From NCBI GenBank assembly GCA_949286215.1, contig CASDYX010000001.1, positions 8,530-72,529 on the forward strand: a stretch of 64,000 nt of DNA, written 5' to 3'. The notes under the pieces were generated by a model. It made no database searches. It worked only from the letters and a program-made list of their open reading frames with translations, and was not told the DNA's origin. The stretch's first letter is position 1. Each line of letters begins with the position of its first letter. The position numbers and the translations under genes are program-made. Shown here piece by piece: positions 31,748-41,624 of the stretch. The stretch is from an uncultured Pseudomonadota bacterium. Lineage in GTDB: Bacteria > Pseudomonadota > Alphaproteobacteria > RF32 > CAG-239.

Positions 31748-32764
31748 ATGAAACCAGAAATTAAAAAAGATTATGAGTTAAGAAAAGTCGGAAACAAAAT
31801 TGTTTTGCGACAAATGAGTATTCCGGACTATGAGATGAAAACAACCCTTGTGGCTGATGAGATTTTAGACGTTAGCGATAATGTGTTTGCTTTGAAGTAT
31901 AATGAAAAATTTTTCTGCTTGTGCAGAGAAGATAAAAAAGGCCATCTTTTGCATACGGTATCCATTGTTGAGAAGTATGAAATTTTGGGCGAACAAATTG
32001 TCTATTCGCAAAACGGAACTTGGCATTTGTGGCAAGAGGATTTTCATGTCAAAATTCTGGGCAAGGCTGAAGATTTGAATAATTTTTTGTTCGTGTTAAA
32101 AGTGTTTGAGGGCAAACTCTGGAGCGGAAAATATATTTTCAGCTATTTTCAAAACGGAAAGCTCTGCCAAAAAGAATGTTCGGATTATGAAAAATTAGCC
32201 TCACAAAGTGCTCAAGGTTTGGAAGCCGATATTATGAAAATTCGGCTGAAAGACGGTTGGCGATTTGTCAGCTGTATGCGACGTTGCAAAATGAGCGAAC
32301 ATTTGGGAATGAAAATTCCGGAAAGCACCTTTGAAACCAAAATTATCTTTACGGAAAGTCCTTGTTTGAAGCTGGTGGAATATGCCAATTTTGTTGAGGA
32401 TTTTCTGAAGAAGAAAGAAAAATTTGGAAATGCATTATCTGAAGATTCTGTTTTGGTGAATGCTTTATGGGACGGAAAAACTCCTGATGCAAAGAGGGTG
32501 TTAGTGCCTTATTTTGAGGGGTGTTTGGTGCAAAATTTGGACTTGAATATCCATGCCGATGTGTGGCGGATGTTTCAAGGTTATAAACACGAGGTTTATC
32601 AAGTGAGTTGTCCGACGCTTGGCTATGAGCAAAAGGCTGATGACGTGTTTATGGATAAATATAACGGGCAGAGTTGCTTGTTTGTTTGTCGAGGCAAAAA
32701 ATCGGATAAATTTGTTTGTGTTAAAGAAGGAATGCGATATCGTCTGGAACTCTTAAAAGACTAA
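31748..32764 (+). CDS. hypothetical protein (no recognisable domain, Cys-rich, soluble)
   Basis: About 338 aa from the internal ATG with RBS (the ORF opens at 31694), followed by a strong terminator. Confidence 0.5.
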   Translation: MKPEIKKDYELRKVGNKIVLRQMSIPDYEMKTTLVADEILDVSDNVFALKYNEKFFCLCREDKKGHLLHTVSIVEKYEILGEQIVYSQNGTWHLWQEDFHVKILGKAEDLNNFLFVLKVFEGKLWSGKYIFSYFQNGKLCQKECSDYEKLASQSAQGLEADIMKIRLKDGWRFVSCMRRCKMSEHLGMKIPESTFETKIIFTESPCLKLVEYANFVEDFLKKKEKFGNALSEDSVLVNALWDGKTPDAKRVLVPYFEGCLVQNLDLNIHADVWRMFQGYKHEVYQVSCPTLGYEQKADDVFMDKYNGQSCLFVCRGKKSDKFVCVKEGMRYRLELLKD

Positions 32765-32778
32765 ACTCTATTTGCTTT

Positions 32779-32812
32779 AAAGTGCTTCTTTTTGAAAGAA
32801 GCACTTTTTTGT
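32779..32812 (+). terminator. rho-independent terminator
   Basis: Perfect 9-bp stem agtgcttct/agaagcact followed by a T7 run. Confidence 0.75.
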
Positions 32813-32860
32813 TGCCAGCCGAAAACTTATCCTTTAAACAAGAGGTAAGGAAGTTGGATT

Positions 32861-33769
32861 ATGAAACATAAAAAAGGCGAAAATATAAACGGTTGGCTGA
32901 TTGTCGATAAACCTCGGGATATCGGCTCAACACAAGTGGTGAATTTGACCCGTAAATGGTTGAATGCCAAAAAGAACGGGCATGCCGGCACGCTTGATCC
33001 ATTTGCAACCGGTGTGCTGCCGATTGCTTTTGGCGAGGCAACAAAGCTTTTACCTTATGTGACAGACGGAAAAAAAGAATATGAATTTATCATTCAATGG
33101 GGCAAAGCGACCAATACCGATGATTCTGAGGGGGAGATTATAGGAGAATCGCAAAAAATTCCGACAAGAGAGGAAATTTTAAGTGTTTTGCCGCAGTTCA
33201 TCGGTAAAATAAAACAGATACCGCCTGCCTATTCCGCCATTAAAATCAACGGAGAACGGGCCTATAATTTGGCCAGAAAAGGTGAAGATGTTGCCATGCC
33301 GGAGCGAGAGGTTGAAATTTATGCTCTGGAACTTTTAGAAGAATTAGAGAATCACCAAGCGCGTTTTCGGGTGGAATGCTCCAAAGGGACTTATGTGCGC
33401 ACACTTGGGCATGATTTAGCTCAAAAACTGGGGACTCTCGGCTATTTGCAGGAGCTAAGACGCACAAAATGCGGTAATTTCGGGCTTGAGTCGAAAATTT
33501 TACTGGAAAATATAAAAAATTTGGTGCATAGTATCCCCCTAAAAGAATTTTTGCTTCCGTTAGAAACATCTCTGCGCGACATCGCGGTGATTGCTGTTTC
33601 GGAAGTTGATGCAAACAAACTTAAACTTGGACAAGGTGTGTCGCCAAAGGCTTATCAAGTGCAAAATTTGATTGGTCATGAGGCTGCCGCTTATTTCGAG
33701 GATAATTTGATTGCGATTGTGCGAATCGAGGAAAAAAGAATTTCTCCGGTTCGAGTGTTTAATCTTTAA
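32861..33769 (+). CDS. truB: tRNA pseudouridine(55) synthase TruB
   Basis: [17 protein letters not shown], then HAGTLDP with the catalytic Asp. 302 aa. Confidence 0.85.
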   Translation: MKHKKGENINGWLIVDKPRDIGSTQVVNLTRKWLNAKKNGHAGTLDPFATGVLPIAFGEATKLLPYVTDGKKEYEFIIQWGKATNTDDSEGEIIGESQKIPTREEILSVLPQFIGKIKQIPPAYSAIKINGERAYNLARKGEDVAMPEREVEIYALELLEELENHQARFRVECSKGTYVRTLGHDLAQKLGTLGYLQELRRTKCGNFGLESKILLENIKNLVHSIPLKEFLLPLETSLRDIAVIAVSEVDANKLKLGQGVSPKAYQVQNLIGHEAAAYFEDNLIAIVRIEEKRISPVRVFNL

Positions 33770-33786
33770 TATGTATAAAGGATAAA

Positions 33787-34059
33787 TTGATGTCGATTAC
33801 TAATGAAAAAAAACAAGAATTAATTAAAGAATATGGTTTAACCCCAGGTGATACCGGTTCTCCGGAAGTTCAAATCGCTATTTGGACCTACAGAATTAAT
33901 GCTTTGATTGAGCACTTCAATACTCATCAAAAAGATTTACACTCTCGCTTGGGCTTGATGAAGATGGTTAGCCGCCGTCGTCACTTGTTGGATCACCTGA
34001 AATCTAAGAGCGAAAGCAGATATCAGGATTTGATTAAGAGATTAGACCTCCGTAAGTAG
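33787..34059 (+). CDS. rpsO: 30S ribosomal protein S15
   Basis: 90 aa. [10 protein letters not shown], the HLK-HKKD-like S15 motif, conserved C-terminal RLGL. Confidence 0.9.
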   Translation: MMSITNEKKQELIKEYGLTPGDTGSPEVQIAIWTYRINALIEHFNTHQKDLHSRLGLMKMVSRRRHLLDHLKSKSESRYQDLIKRLDLRK

Positions 34060-34243
34060 GATTTTGTTGGATGAGGCAATTAGAGAGTTTTTATCGGAGC
34101 TCAAAATTGTGTGCATTAATGTACAAGGCAATTTGTTTGGATGGTAGAAATTGCTCTATTTGCCTTGCCAAAGTAAATTCCGGCGTTTGGAGAAATCAGC
34201 CTAAAGTAACCTTTGGGTTTGTTGTAGGTTGAGTAAAGTTTGT

Positions 34244-34278
34244 TGAATGCGGGGCAGGGTGTTCCGCATTCGTTTTAA
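34244..34278 (+). terminator. hairpin in the rpsO-pnp intergenic leader (rpsO terminator or pnp leader processing hairpin)
   Basis: gaatgcgg...ccgcattc 8-bp stem followed by gtttt. Sits within the 264-nt rpsO-pnp spacer. Confidence 0.45.
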
Positions 34279-34362
34279 ATCCTGCTTTTGGGCAGGTGGT
34301 CAATTCGGGAAGGCTCGGATTGATTGATGTTTGTAAGAGAATATGAAAGAAAGGAAAGATAT

Positions 34363-36483
34363 ATGATCAATTTTAATGTGGTTCGCAAAGAAATGGAATG
34401 GGGCGGACGCAAATTGGTATTGGAAACGGGTAAGCTGGCTCGTCAAGCGCAAGGGGCTGTCGTTGTTACCTATGGTGAAACCGAAGTTATTGCAACTGTT
34501 TGCGCAGCTAAAGAGGTAAAGGCTGATCAGGATTTCTTTCCTTTGACAGTTAATTATCAAGAAAAATACTATGCTACCGGTAAAGTTCCGGGCGGATTTA
34601 TGAAACGTGAAGGCAAACCAAGTGAACGTGAAGTTTTGCTCTCTCGTTTGATTGATAGACCTATTCGTCCGCTGTTTCCGGATGCTTTCAAAAACGAAGT
34701 TCAAGTTATTTGTACCGTATTGTCTCATGACCAAGTAACCGATTCCGATATTCCGGCGATGATTGCTGCTTCGGCTGCTTTGAGCATTTCCGGTATTCCG
34801 TTCTTAGGGCCTATTGCTTCTGCTAAAATCGGCTATAAAGACGGTCAATATATTTTGAACCCAACAATTGAACAAATTAAAGAATCGGATTTGGAATTGG
34901 TTGTTGCCGGTACCAAAGAAGGTGTTTTGATGGTTGAATCCGAAGCTCAAGAATTGTCTGAAGAAACAATGCTTGGTGCCGTTATGTTTGGTTTTGAAAA
35001 CTTCCAACCGGTTATTAAACTCATTGAAGAATTGAAAGCCGAAGCAGGAAAAGAACCTTGGGAAACTCCGGTATTTCCGCCTGAATTTGATGAACTCTAC
35101 AAAAAATTGGCTGACGGATTTAGCGCTGATTTTGAAGAAGCCTTTAAGGAAACCGATAAGTTAAAACGTGGCGAACTCATTGCTCAAGCTTCTGAAAAAT
35201 TCAAAGCTACTTTGGATCCGGAAAATGAATTTGAACAACGCTATGCTCAAGATGCTATCGAAAAATTGATGCACCATGTTATGAGAGAAAAAGTTTTGAC
35301 TACCGGTCATCGTATTGATGGTCGTGATACCAAAACCGTTCGCCCAATTCAATGCGAAGTTGATGTTTTGCCGATGGCTCATGGTTCTGCCATTTTCACA
35401 CGTGGCGAAACTCAGGCTTTGGTTGTTACCACTTTGGGTACAGGTGAAGATGCTCAAGTAGTTGATGGTTTGATGGATGAGTATAAAGAAGACTTTATGC
35501 TGAACTACAACTTCCCACCGTTCTCAGTTGGTGAATGCGGTAGAATCGGTAGCCCGGGACGTCGCGAAATCGGTCACGGAAAATTGGCTTGGCGTGCAAT
35601 TCATCCGATGTTGCCGAAAAATAAGGATAGTTTCCCTTACACAATTCGCGTGGTTTCTGAAATTATGGAATCTAACGGTTCTTCTTCTATGGCTACCGTT
35701 TGTGGTTCTACCATGTCTTTGATGGCTGCCGGTGTGCCGATGACAAAACCAGTGGCCGGTATTGCTATGGGCTTGATTAAAGAAGATGATGGTCGTGTGG
35801 CTGTTTTGACCGATATTTTGGGTGATGAAGACCACTTGGGCGATATGGACTTTAAGGTTGCCGGTACAAAAGACGGTGTTACCGCTTTGCAAATGGATAT
35901 TAAAATCACCTCCATTACCAAAGAAATTATGGAAAAAGCTTTGGCTCAAGCTCATGAAGGTCGTATCCATATCTTGGGCGAAATGGCTAAGGCTATTGAA
36001 GCTCCTCGTCCGCATGTTTCTGACAAAGCTCCTCGCATTATTGCTATTAAGATTCCGGTCGATAAAATCCGTGAAGTTATCGGTTCCGGTGGTAAGGTTA
36101 TTCGTGAAATTACCGAAAAGACTAACTCTAAAATCGATATTTCCGATGATGGTGTTATTCATATCGCTACCATGAAAAAAGAAGACGGTGATGCCGCTTT
36201 GGATTGGATTATGGGTATTGTGGCTGAACCTGAAGAAGGCAAAATCTATAAAGGTGTTATTACCAAAATTATGGATTTCGGTGCTTTTGTTCGCTTCCTC
36301 GGAACGACCGAAGGTTTGGTTCATATCTCTGAAGTTAAAAATGAGAGAATCGCCTCTGTTTCTGACTTCTATAAAGAGGGTGATACCATTTGGGTTAAAT
36401 GTATCGGCCAAGATAATCGCGGTAAGATTAAACTCTCTGCTAAAAGAGTTAATCAAGAAACCGGTGAAGACTTGGAAAAATAA
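34363..36483 (+). CDS. pnp: polyribonucleotide nucleotidyltransferase (PNPase)
   Basis: Two RNase PH domains, KH and S1 domains. Start at the ATG after the AAGGAAAG RBS. About 706 aa. Confidence 0.9.
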   Translation: MINFNVVRKEMEWGGRKLVLETGKLARQAQGAVVVTYGETEVIATVCAAKEVKADQDFFPLTVNYQEKYYATGKVPGGFMKREGKPSEREVLLSRLIDRPIRPLFPDAFKNEVQVICTVLSHDQVTDSDIPAMIAASAALSISGIPFLGPIASAKIGYKDGQYILNPTIEQIKESDLELVVAGTKEGVLMVESEAQELSEETMLGAVMFGFENFQPVIKLIEELKAEAGKEPWETPVFPPEFDELYKKLADGFSADFEEAFKETDKLKRGELIAQASEKFKATLDPENEFEQRYAQDAIEKLMHHVMREKVLTTGHRIDGRDTKTVRPIQCEVDVLPMAHGSAIFTRGETQALVVTTLGTGEDAQVVDGLMDEYKEDFMLNYNFPPFSVGECGRIGSPGRREIGHGKLAWRAIHPMLPKNKDSFPYTIRVVSEIMESNGSSSMATVCGSTMSLMAAGVPMTKPVAGIAMGLIKEDDGRVAVLTDILGDEDHLGDMDFKVAGTKDGVTALQMDIKITSITKEIMEKALAQAHEGRIHILGEMAKAIEAPRPHVSDKAPRIIAIKIPVDKIREVIGSGGKVIREITEKTNSKIDISDDGVIHIATMKKEDGDAALDWIMGIVAEPEEGKIYKGVITKIMDFGAFVRFLGTTEGLVHISEVKNERIASVSDFYKEGDTIWVKCIGQDNRGKIKLSAKRVNQETGEDLEK

Positions 36484-36502
36484 TTTAGTCTTACATTTCA
36501 AC

Positions 36503-36534
36503 AAAAAGGGGTGGCTGGGCTGCCCCTTTTTTTG
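36503..36534 (+). terminator. rho-independent terminator after pnp
   Basis: ggggtggc-tgg-gctgcccc hairpin followed by a T7 run. Confidence 0.7.
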
Positions 36535-36611
36535 TTTGACTCAAAAAAGAAATTTAAGTATAGCTGAAAATAATAATTTATTATTGTATTACTTAAAAAC
36601 TTTTTTAGCTT

Positions 36612-37139
36612 ATGGATTATGTTTTTTATTGGATTTTTGGAATCCTGATTGCTCTTAATGTGGGTAATTTTTTGTTTGCTCTATTTAAGAAAAAGATTAT
36701 GAGTATCGGTTCTCAAAGAGGATGGGCTTATTATCTGTTATTTAAGCTAACGGCAGATTCAATCTTTTTTGTTGGATATTTTGTATCAACAAATCCTTTT
36801 AGCCGTTTTGAATTGTTCTTCTGGTTGGGCTTGGCAATCGTAAGTCAGATTTTGGCGTTGCTTACTATTCGGATTTTTAGAAAGAAGTTTACAAAGAAAC
36901 TGATGTCAGGCGTTTATTACTTTAAGGTGAATTATATTTGTTATAAACCAGATAGAATTTTTGGGGAATTTGATACTGATTTTTGCAAAAATTCTTTAAG
37001 TGCAGAGCTAGATGTCAGAGATTTTGAAAAGTACCAACAAGGAAGTGTTTTCCCGGTCATTGTCAAATCTTGTTATTACGATGTTTGGGAATGGTTTTAT
37101 GGTGAAGGGGTTGACATAAAGGTTACTCCTTATTCATAA
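36612..37139 (+). CDS. hypothetical membrane protein (3 TM plus soluble C-terminal domain)
   Basis: 175 aa. N-terminal hydrophobic helices. No known domain. Confidence 0.45.
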   Translation: MDYVFYWIFGILIALNVGNFLFALFKKKIMSIGSQRGWAYYLLFKLTADSIFFVGYFVSTNPFSRFELFFWLGLAIVSQILALLTIRIFRKKFTKKLMSGVYYFKVNYICYKPDRIFGEFDTDFCKNSLSAELDVRDFEKYQQGSVFPVIVKSCYYDVWEWFYGEGVDIKVTPYS

Positions 37140-37147
37140 TTTTTTAT

Positions 37148-37185
37148 AGAGGCTTTTATCTAATGTAAGATAAAAGCCTTTTTGT
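37148..37185 (+). terminator. rho-independent terminator
   Basis: aggcttttatc...gataaaagcct 11-bp stem followed by a T-run. Confidence 0.65.
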
Positions 37186-37269
37186 TTGTTTGACATTTTA
37201 TAATTTTTGTCTATAATGGCGCTGATTTATAAGTATTAGGAATATTATTAATTATAAAAATTTAGAGAT

Positions 37270-37803
37270 ATGAATCCAATCGTTATCTTAATTTATTGGG
37301 CGGTGGCTGGTGTCATTGTCTGGTTAGCTAATCAGTTTTGGTTGGCTAAATCTTTGCCAAGAATGCAAGACATTCGAGTGCAGTTTGGTTTGACTTTGGT
37401 TTGGGTGTTGCTTTTTAGCTCCAAAAACTTTATTGGTTGGGTAGCTATTATTGCAGCATTGTGTTATAAGTTTTGGGTTGATTTTCGTTTATGGCATCGG
37501 GCTAAAACCGGCGCAATGTATCCTTGCATTGTCGATAAAATCGATGATGAATTAAGGGGGAGAATCCTGACGCATTTGACGATTATTCCGGTGGTGATTG
37601 TTCAGACTTTGAACGATAAAAAACCTGAAGAAAAGCAAACCTATTGGTGTCGGGTGTTGAAATATTCTGTCCTTTCTACAAGAGTGGAGGTTGAACTCTT
37701 GGAAAAAATGGATTGGGGTGAAAGCGCTCGATATTTTGCTTCAAAGAAAAGGAGAAGCAAAAAACTGAATTTGGCAAATTTCTTTAAATTTTTAAAAAAC
37801 TAA
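37270..37803 (+). CDS. hypothetical membrane protein (3 TM plus soluble C-terminal domain, basic tail)
   Basis: 177 aa. Same architecture as the preceding gene. Confidence 0.45.
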   Translation: MNPIVILIYWAVAGVIVWLANQFWLAKSLPRMQDIRVQFGLTLVWVLLFSSKNFIGWVAIIAALCYKFWVDFRLWHRAKTGAMYPCIVDKIDDELRGRILTHLTIIPVVIVQTLNDKKPEEKQTYWCRVLKYSVLSTRVEVELLEKMDWGESARYFASKKRRSKKLNLANFFKFLKN

Positions 37804-37807
37804 GATT

Positions 37808-38110
37808 ATGGAACTAGTTATTTTAATTGCAGTGTTGGTGTTTATGTTTGCTCTTGTTTATTGGAAAAATGTGAGAGTGGACATTGAGGCTAAAAAAACT
37901 ACTAAACAACAACCTATAGAGGTTGAAGCCAAGTTGGAGTTCTTCTCAGAAGAAGATGGCTGGCATGCCATCTTTAATAAAGACGGGGTTCTTTGCTATG
38001 GGGTTTTTATGAACCTTAGTGAAGGGCAGGTAACAAAAGGAGTTACCATTCCAGCCGTAATTGAAGAAGAACCTACGGCAGACAATGAGCTCTATTTGTT
38101 AAGAGCTTAA
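37808..38110 (+). CDS. small hypothetical single-pass membrane protein
   Basis: 100 aa. N-terminal TM helix (LVILIAVLVFMFALVYW). Starts 5 nt after the previous gene. Confidence 0.4.
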   Translation: MELVILIAVLVFMFALVYWKNVRVDIEAKKTTKQQPIEVEAKLEFFSEEDGWHAIFNKDGVLCYGVFMNLSEGQVTKGVTIPAVIEEEPTADNELYLLRA

Positions 38111-38120
38111 GAAAATTTAT

Positions 38121-38152
38121 CAAAGAGGAGGTGGAAACATCTCCTCTTTTGG
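38121..38152 (+). terminator. rho-independent terminator
   Basis: agaggag...ctcctct hairpin followed by tttt. Confidence 0.6.
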
Positions 38153-38262
38153 TGTTTAAAAAGCTCTTGAAATATTGAAAATAAAGGTGTAAAAGAGTCC
38201 TACTCGTCGGACACCCCTGGAGGTCTGCGAGAGTTTAATTTTTTTTATAAGGAATAATAAAG

Positions 38263-38553
38263 ATGGCAGATATTACTTTTGACGCTCAATTGCGTGAAAA
38301 AGCAGGTAAGGGGGCAGCTCGTGCATGTCGTCGTGAAGGTCGCGTTCCTGCGGTTATTTACGGTGGTAACAAAGAAGCCCTGTTGATTAGCTTGGATCCG
38401 GTTCAATTGGAAAAAGCTTTGGATATGGTCGGTTTCTATGATGCCGATATCGAAATCAACGTTGATGGCAAAAAACACAAAGTCGTTTGCCAGGATGTTC
38501 AATTCCATCCGGTTAGCGATAAGCCGTTACACGTCGATTTTCTTAGAAAATAA
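38263..38553 (+). CDS. rplY: 50S ribosomal protein L25 (short form)
   Basis: 96 aa. REKAGKGAARACRREGRVPAVIYGG is the L25 N-terminal signature. Confidence 0.75.
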   Translation: MADITFDAQLREKAGKGAARACRREGRVPAVIYGGNKEALLISLDPVQLEKALDMVGFYDADIEINVDGKKHKVVCQDVQFHPVSDKPLHVDFLRK

Positions 38554-38596
38554 CGGTTAAAGTCTGTATAAAGGTTTACTAATACAGAAATTTTAA

Positions 38597-38651
38597 GAGG
38601 CGGAAAATTCACGTATCTAGGTGTACGCTAAAATTTTCCGCCCTTTTATTT
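38597..38651 (+). terminator. long-stem hairpin terminator after rplY
   Basis: Perfect 11-bp stem ggcggaaaatt/aattttccgcc with about a 21-nt loop, then a T-rich tail. Confidence 0.6.
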
Positions 38652-38720
38652 CTTATTATTAGATGCTTTTTCCAGAACCTTAATGATTATGTTCTGTGAA
38701 AATGAAAGAAAAGGTCAAAG

Positions 38721-39299
38721 ATGTTTTTAATTGTTGGTTTGGGCAATCCCGGAGCTGAATATCAAAATACTCGTCATAATGTTGGGTTTATGGTGGCTGA
38801 TGAAATTCATGAAGAATATCATTTCGGGCCATATAAGGCTAAGTTTGACGGGCTGATTAGTGAAGGGACGATTGAGGGCGAAAAAGTTTATTTGCTTAAG
38901 CCACAGACTTATATGAACTTATCCGGCAACTCAGTGGTTAAGGCTGCACATTTCTATAAAATCTTACCGCAAAATGTGATTGTCATTCATGATGATATGG
39001 ATTTGAAAATTAATCAAATTAAAGCTAAAATCGGTGGTGGTGCCGGTGGGCATAACGGGCTTAAGAGCATTGATGCGCAAATTAGCCCAAATTATAATCG
39101 GGTTCGGTTAGGAATTGGTCATCCCGATAGCAATTTGCCCCATGAGGCGGTAGTTAATCATGTTTTGACAGGTTTTTCTAAGGCTGACAAAGCAATCCTT
39201 GATGAGAATATTCGTTTGGTTACGGAAAATATCGGTGTTGTTTTGAAAGACGGTATTGCCGCTTTTTCTAATAAAATCGGAAATTTACTCAGAAAATAG
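38721..39299 (+). CDS. pth: peptidyl-tRNA hydrolase
   Basis: MFLIVGLGNPG...RHNVGF and the catalytic His region. 192 aa. Confidence 0.85.
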   Translation: MFLIVGLGNPGAEYQNTRHNVGFMVADEIHEEYHFGPYKAKFDGLISEGTIEGEKVYLLKPQTYMNLSGNSVVKAAHFYKILPQNVIVIHDDMDLKINQIKAKIGGGAGGHNGLKSIDAQISPNYNRVRLGIGHPDSNLPHEAVVNHVLTGFSKADKAILDENIRLVTENIGVVLKDGIAAFSNKIGNLLRK

Positions 39300-39375
39300 G
39301 TTCTTTAGTTGACTTTTGTTTCGTATCCTTATAATCCTATTAGCATAAATGTTGCTCTTATTTGTGGAGAAGGAA

Positions 39376-40395
39376 ATGAAACAACAGCCTAAAATTTCTG
39401 TCATCGTACCCGTTTATAATGTTGAACAATATCTTCCACAATGTTTGGATAGTTTGCTTGCCCAAAGTTTTGATAACTTTGAGGCAATTTTTATTAATGA
39501 CGGGTCAAAAGACGGTTCTTTGGAGATTTTGAAAAAATACCAAGCAAAAGATAGCCGTGTTGTCGTGATTGATAAGAAAAATGAAGGTGTGTCCGTTGCC
39601 AGAAATCAGGGATTGAAAAAAGCTCAAGGAGAGTATATCGCTTTTTTGGACGGCGATGATTGTGTTGAACCGAATTTTTTGCAAGATGCTCTGGCTCATA
39701 TTGAAAAAAATAATTCTGATATTTTGATTTTTGAAAGTTATTTACTCGATGGAGATAAAAAATTTGTTTGGGATAATGATACTTTCAAAAATGAAATTCA
39801 AGAATCTTTGGTAAAAGATCCTAAAAATCCTTCGATTTATGCTTTCTTGTCCGTTGTGTGGAATAAGATTTATCGAGCTGATTTTATTAAAAAACATCAT
39901 ATCGAATTTCCGGTCGGTATTAAGACGGCGGAAGATGTTATTTTTAATTTGTTGTGCTATTTTAATAAACCGCATTGTTCTTATGTGGATGAATATTTCT
40001 ACGTTTATCGGATTAATCGTCAAGGGTCGGCAACCGCTAAGCTCGATTGTATTGCCAGCGATATAGAGGCATTCTATTCTTTGGAAAAAATGGATATCTT
40101 TCAAAAACAATCTTTGGAAACAAAACAGTTGGTAATGAATAAATTTATCAGCGGAATTGAGGGATATATTAATAAATTTTCTTTGCAGAATAATAAGCAA
40201 TATATGTCTTTGCGGAAGAAATTTTTGAATGATTTGCGGAAAAGATATGGGGCTGAAGTTATTAATAAATTAGTCCATATTAAAGATTTAACTTTTGCGG
40301 AACGTCTGTTTAGTATTCGCAATTCTTATTGCAAAAAATATAAGATTATTCATTTTTTGGGAATGCGTTTTCAATTGAAAAGAAAGAAAAAATAG
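39376..40395 (+). CDS. family 2 glycosyltransferase
   Basis: ISVIVPVYNVEQYL, DGSKDGS, DGDD (DXD). GT-A fold N-terminus. Start at the ATG after the GGAGAAGGA RBS. Confidence 0.75.
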   Translation: MKQQPKISVIVPVYNVEQYLPQCLDSLLAQSFDNFEAIFINDGSKDGSLEILKKYQAKDSRVVVIDKKNEGVSVARNQGLKKAQGEYIAFLDGDDCVEPNFLQDALAHIEKNNSDILIFESYLLDGDKKFVWDNDTFKNEIQESLVKDPKNPSIYAFLSVVWNKIYRADFIKKHHIEFPVGIKTAEDVIFNLLCYFNKPHCSYVDEYFYVYRINRQGSATAKLDCIASDIEAFYSLEKMDIFQKQSLETKQLVMNKFISGIEGYINKFSLQNNKQYMSLRKKFLNDLRKRYGAEVINKLVHIKDLTFAERLFSIRNSYCKKYKIIHFLGMRFQLKRKKK

Positions 40396-40476
40396 ACTTA
40401 CGCCGTTTTGTTAAGCCTGAATTAAGTGTTTGTCTCTAAAATATGAGTTGGTTTATATGCAAAACAGGAGAGTGCT

Positions 40477-41547
40477 ATGGCTTCTTCTTTGGTGTCGGTA
40501 ATTGTACCGGTTTATAATGATGAACAATTCTTAAAGGATTGTTTGGAATCGATTGTTAAACAAACTTACGAAAAATTAGAAGTTCTTTGTGTGAATTTTG
40601 GCGCCTCGGAAAAATGCGCCGAAATTTTATCTGGTTATGTTCAAAAATATAAGAATATTCAACTCTTTACCTTAAATGAGGGTGGAAAAGCCACAGCCAA
40701 AAATTTAGGCTTAAAAAAAGCTAAAGGTGACTTGGTTTTCTTTTTGGATGCAGATGATAAAATTGATAAGCAATGTATTGAAGAACTGGTGAAAACCCAA
40801 ACGAGAACAAATGCCGATGTGGTTTGTGTGCATGATATCGTGATTTGTGACGGAAAGAAAAAAACGGCAAAAGACCGCATGATTTCTGGTCATTCGGAGG
40901 GAACTTTTCAAATCACTAATGAAATTATTAATCAGATGTGGGTTGTGGCTTGGGGAAAGCTTTTTAAGCTCAAAGCTATCAGAGATTTGGAAATTTCTTT
41001 TCCTGAAGGTTGTTTGTATGAAGATGAGTTCTTTCATTATGCCTTACTGCCGCATTTACGGAAAATTGCCGTGAGTGACGGCGGAACCGTGTTTTATCGT
41101 CAGCATGAAAACTCAGTCGTGGCAAGGCAAAAACTCAAAAGCGGTAAAGATAATTTGCTCATTTTTCAAAAGATTTTTGAATACTATCAGGAAAATGGGT
41201 TCTTGGGAAAAATTGATTTGCCGGTGCGGATTTTAAGTTCCGGTTTTGCGCAAAATGCAAACCATAAGCTCTATTATCAGCAAGTGAAAGATTTGTTGTG
41301 TCATTTAGGGGTTTCTAAAGAGATGGTGAATCATCATGAGCTGGTGGGAAAACTCTTGGAAAGTGATGACTTTTTGAGCTATTGCCGTTGTGCTACCTGT
41401 TATAAGATTAAGCAAAGTTTGCAGAATTTGGGGCAATCGTGGTTTCGCTGTCAAATCGGAAAGAAAACGCATATAGCCTTGTTTGGTTTGACCTTACTCC
41501 ATTTTGCAAAAGGTGAAAAAACGGTTATCTTGGGTTTGAAGTTATAG
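40477..41547 (+). CDS. family 2 glycosyltransferase (paralogous architecture)
   Basis: VSVIVPVYNDEQFL and DADD (DXD) motif. 356 aa. Confidence 0.7.
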   Translation: MASSLVSVIVPVYNDEQFLKDCLESIVKQTYEKLEVLCVNFGASEKCAEILSGYVQKYKNIQLFTLNEGGKATAKNLGLKKAKGDLVFFLDADDKIDKQCIEELVKTQTRTNADVVCVHDIVICDGKKKTAKDRMISGHSEGTFQITNEIINQMWVVAWGKLFKLKAIRDLEISFPEGCLYEDEFFHYALLPHLRKIAVSDGGTVFYRQHENSVVARQKLKSGKDNLLIFQKIFEYYQENGFLGKIDLPVRILSSGFAQNANHKLYYQQVKDLLCHLGVSKEMVNHHELVGKLLESDDFLSYCRCATCYKIKQSLQNLGQSWFRCQIGKKTHIALFGLTLLHFAKGEKTVILGLKL

Positions 41548-41624
41548 AATTGGCTTGAAATATCGTCCTCTATCAGATATAAGACTCCTTAAGTTTGAAC
41601 TAAAAATTTAAGGAGTTTTTTGTT

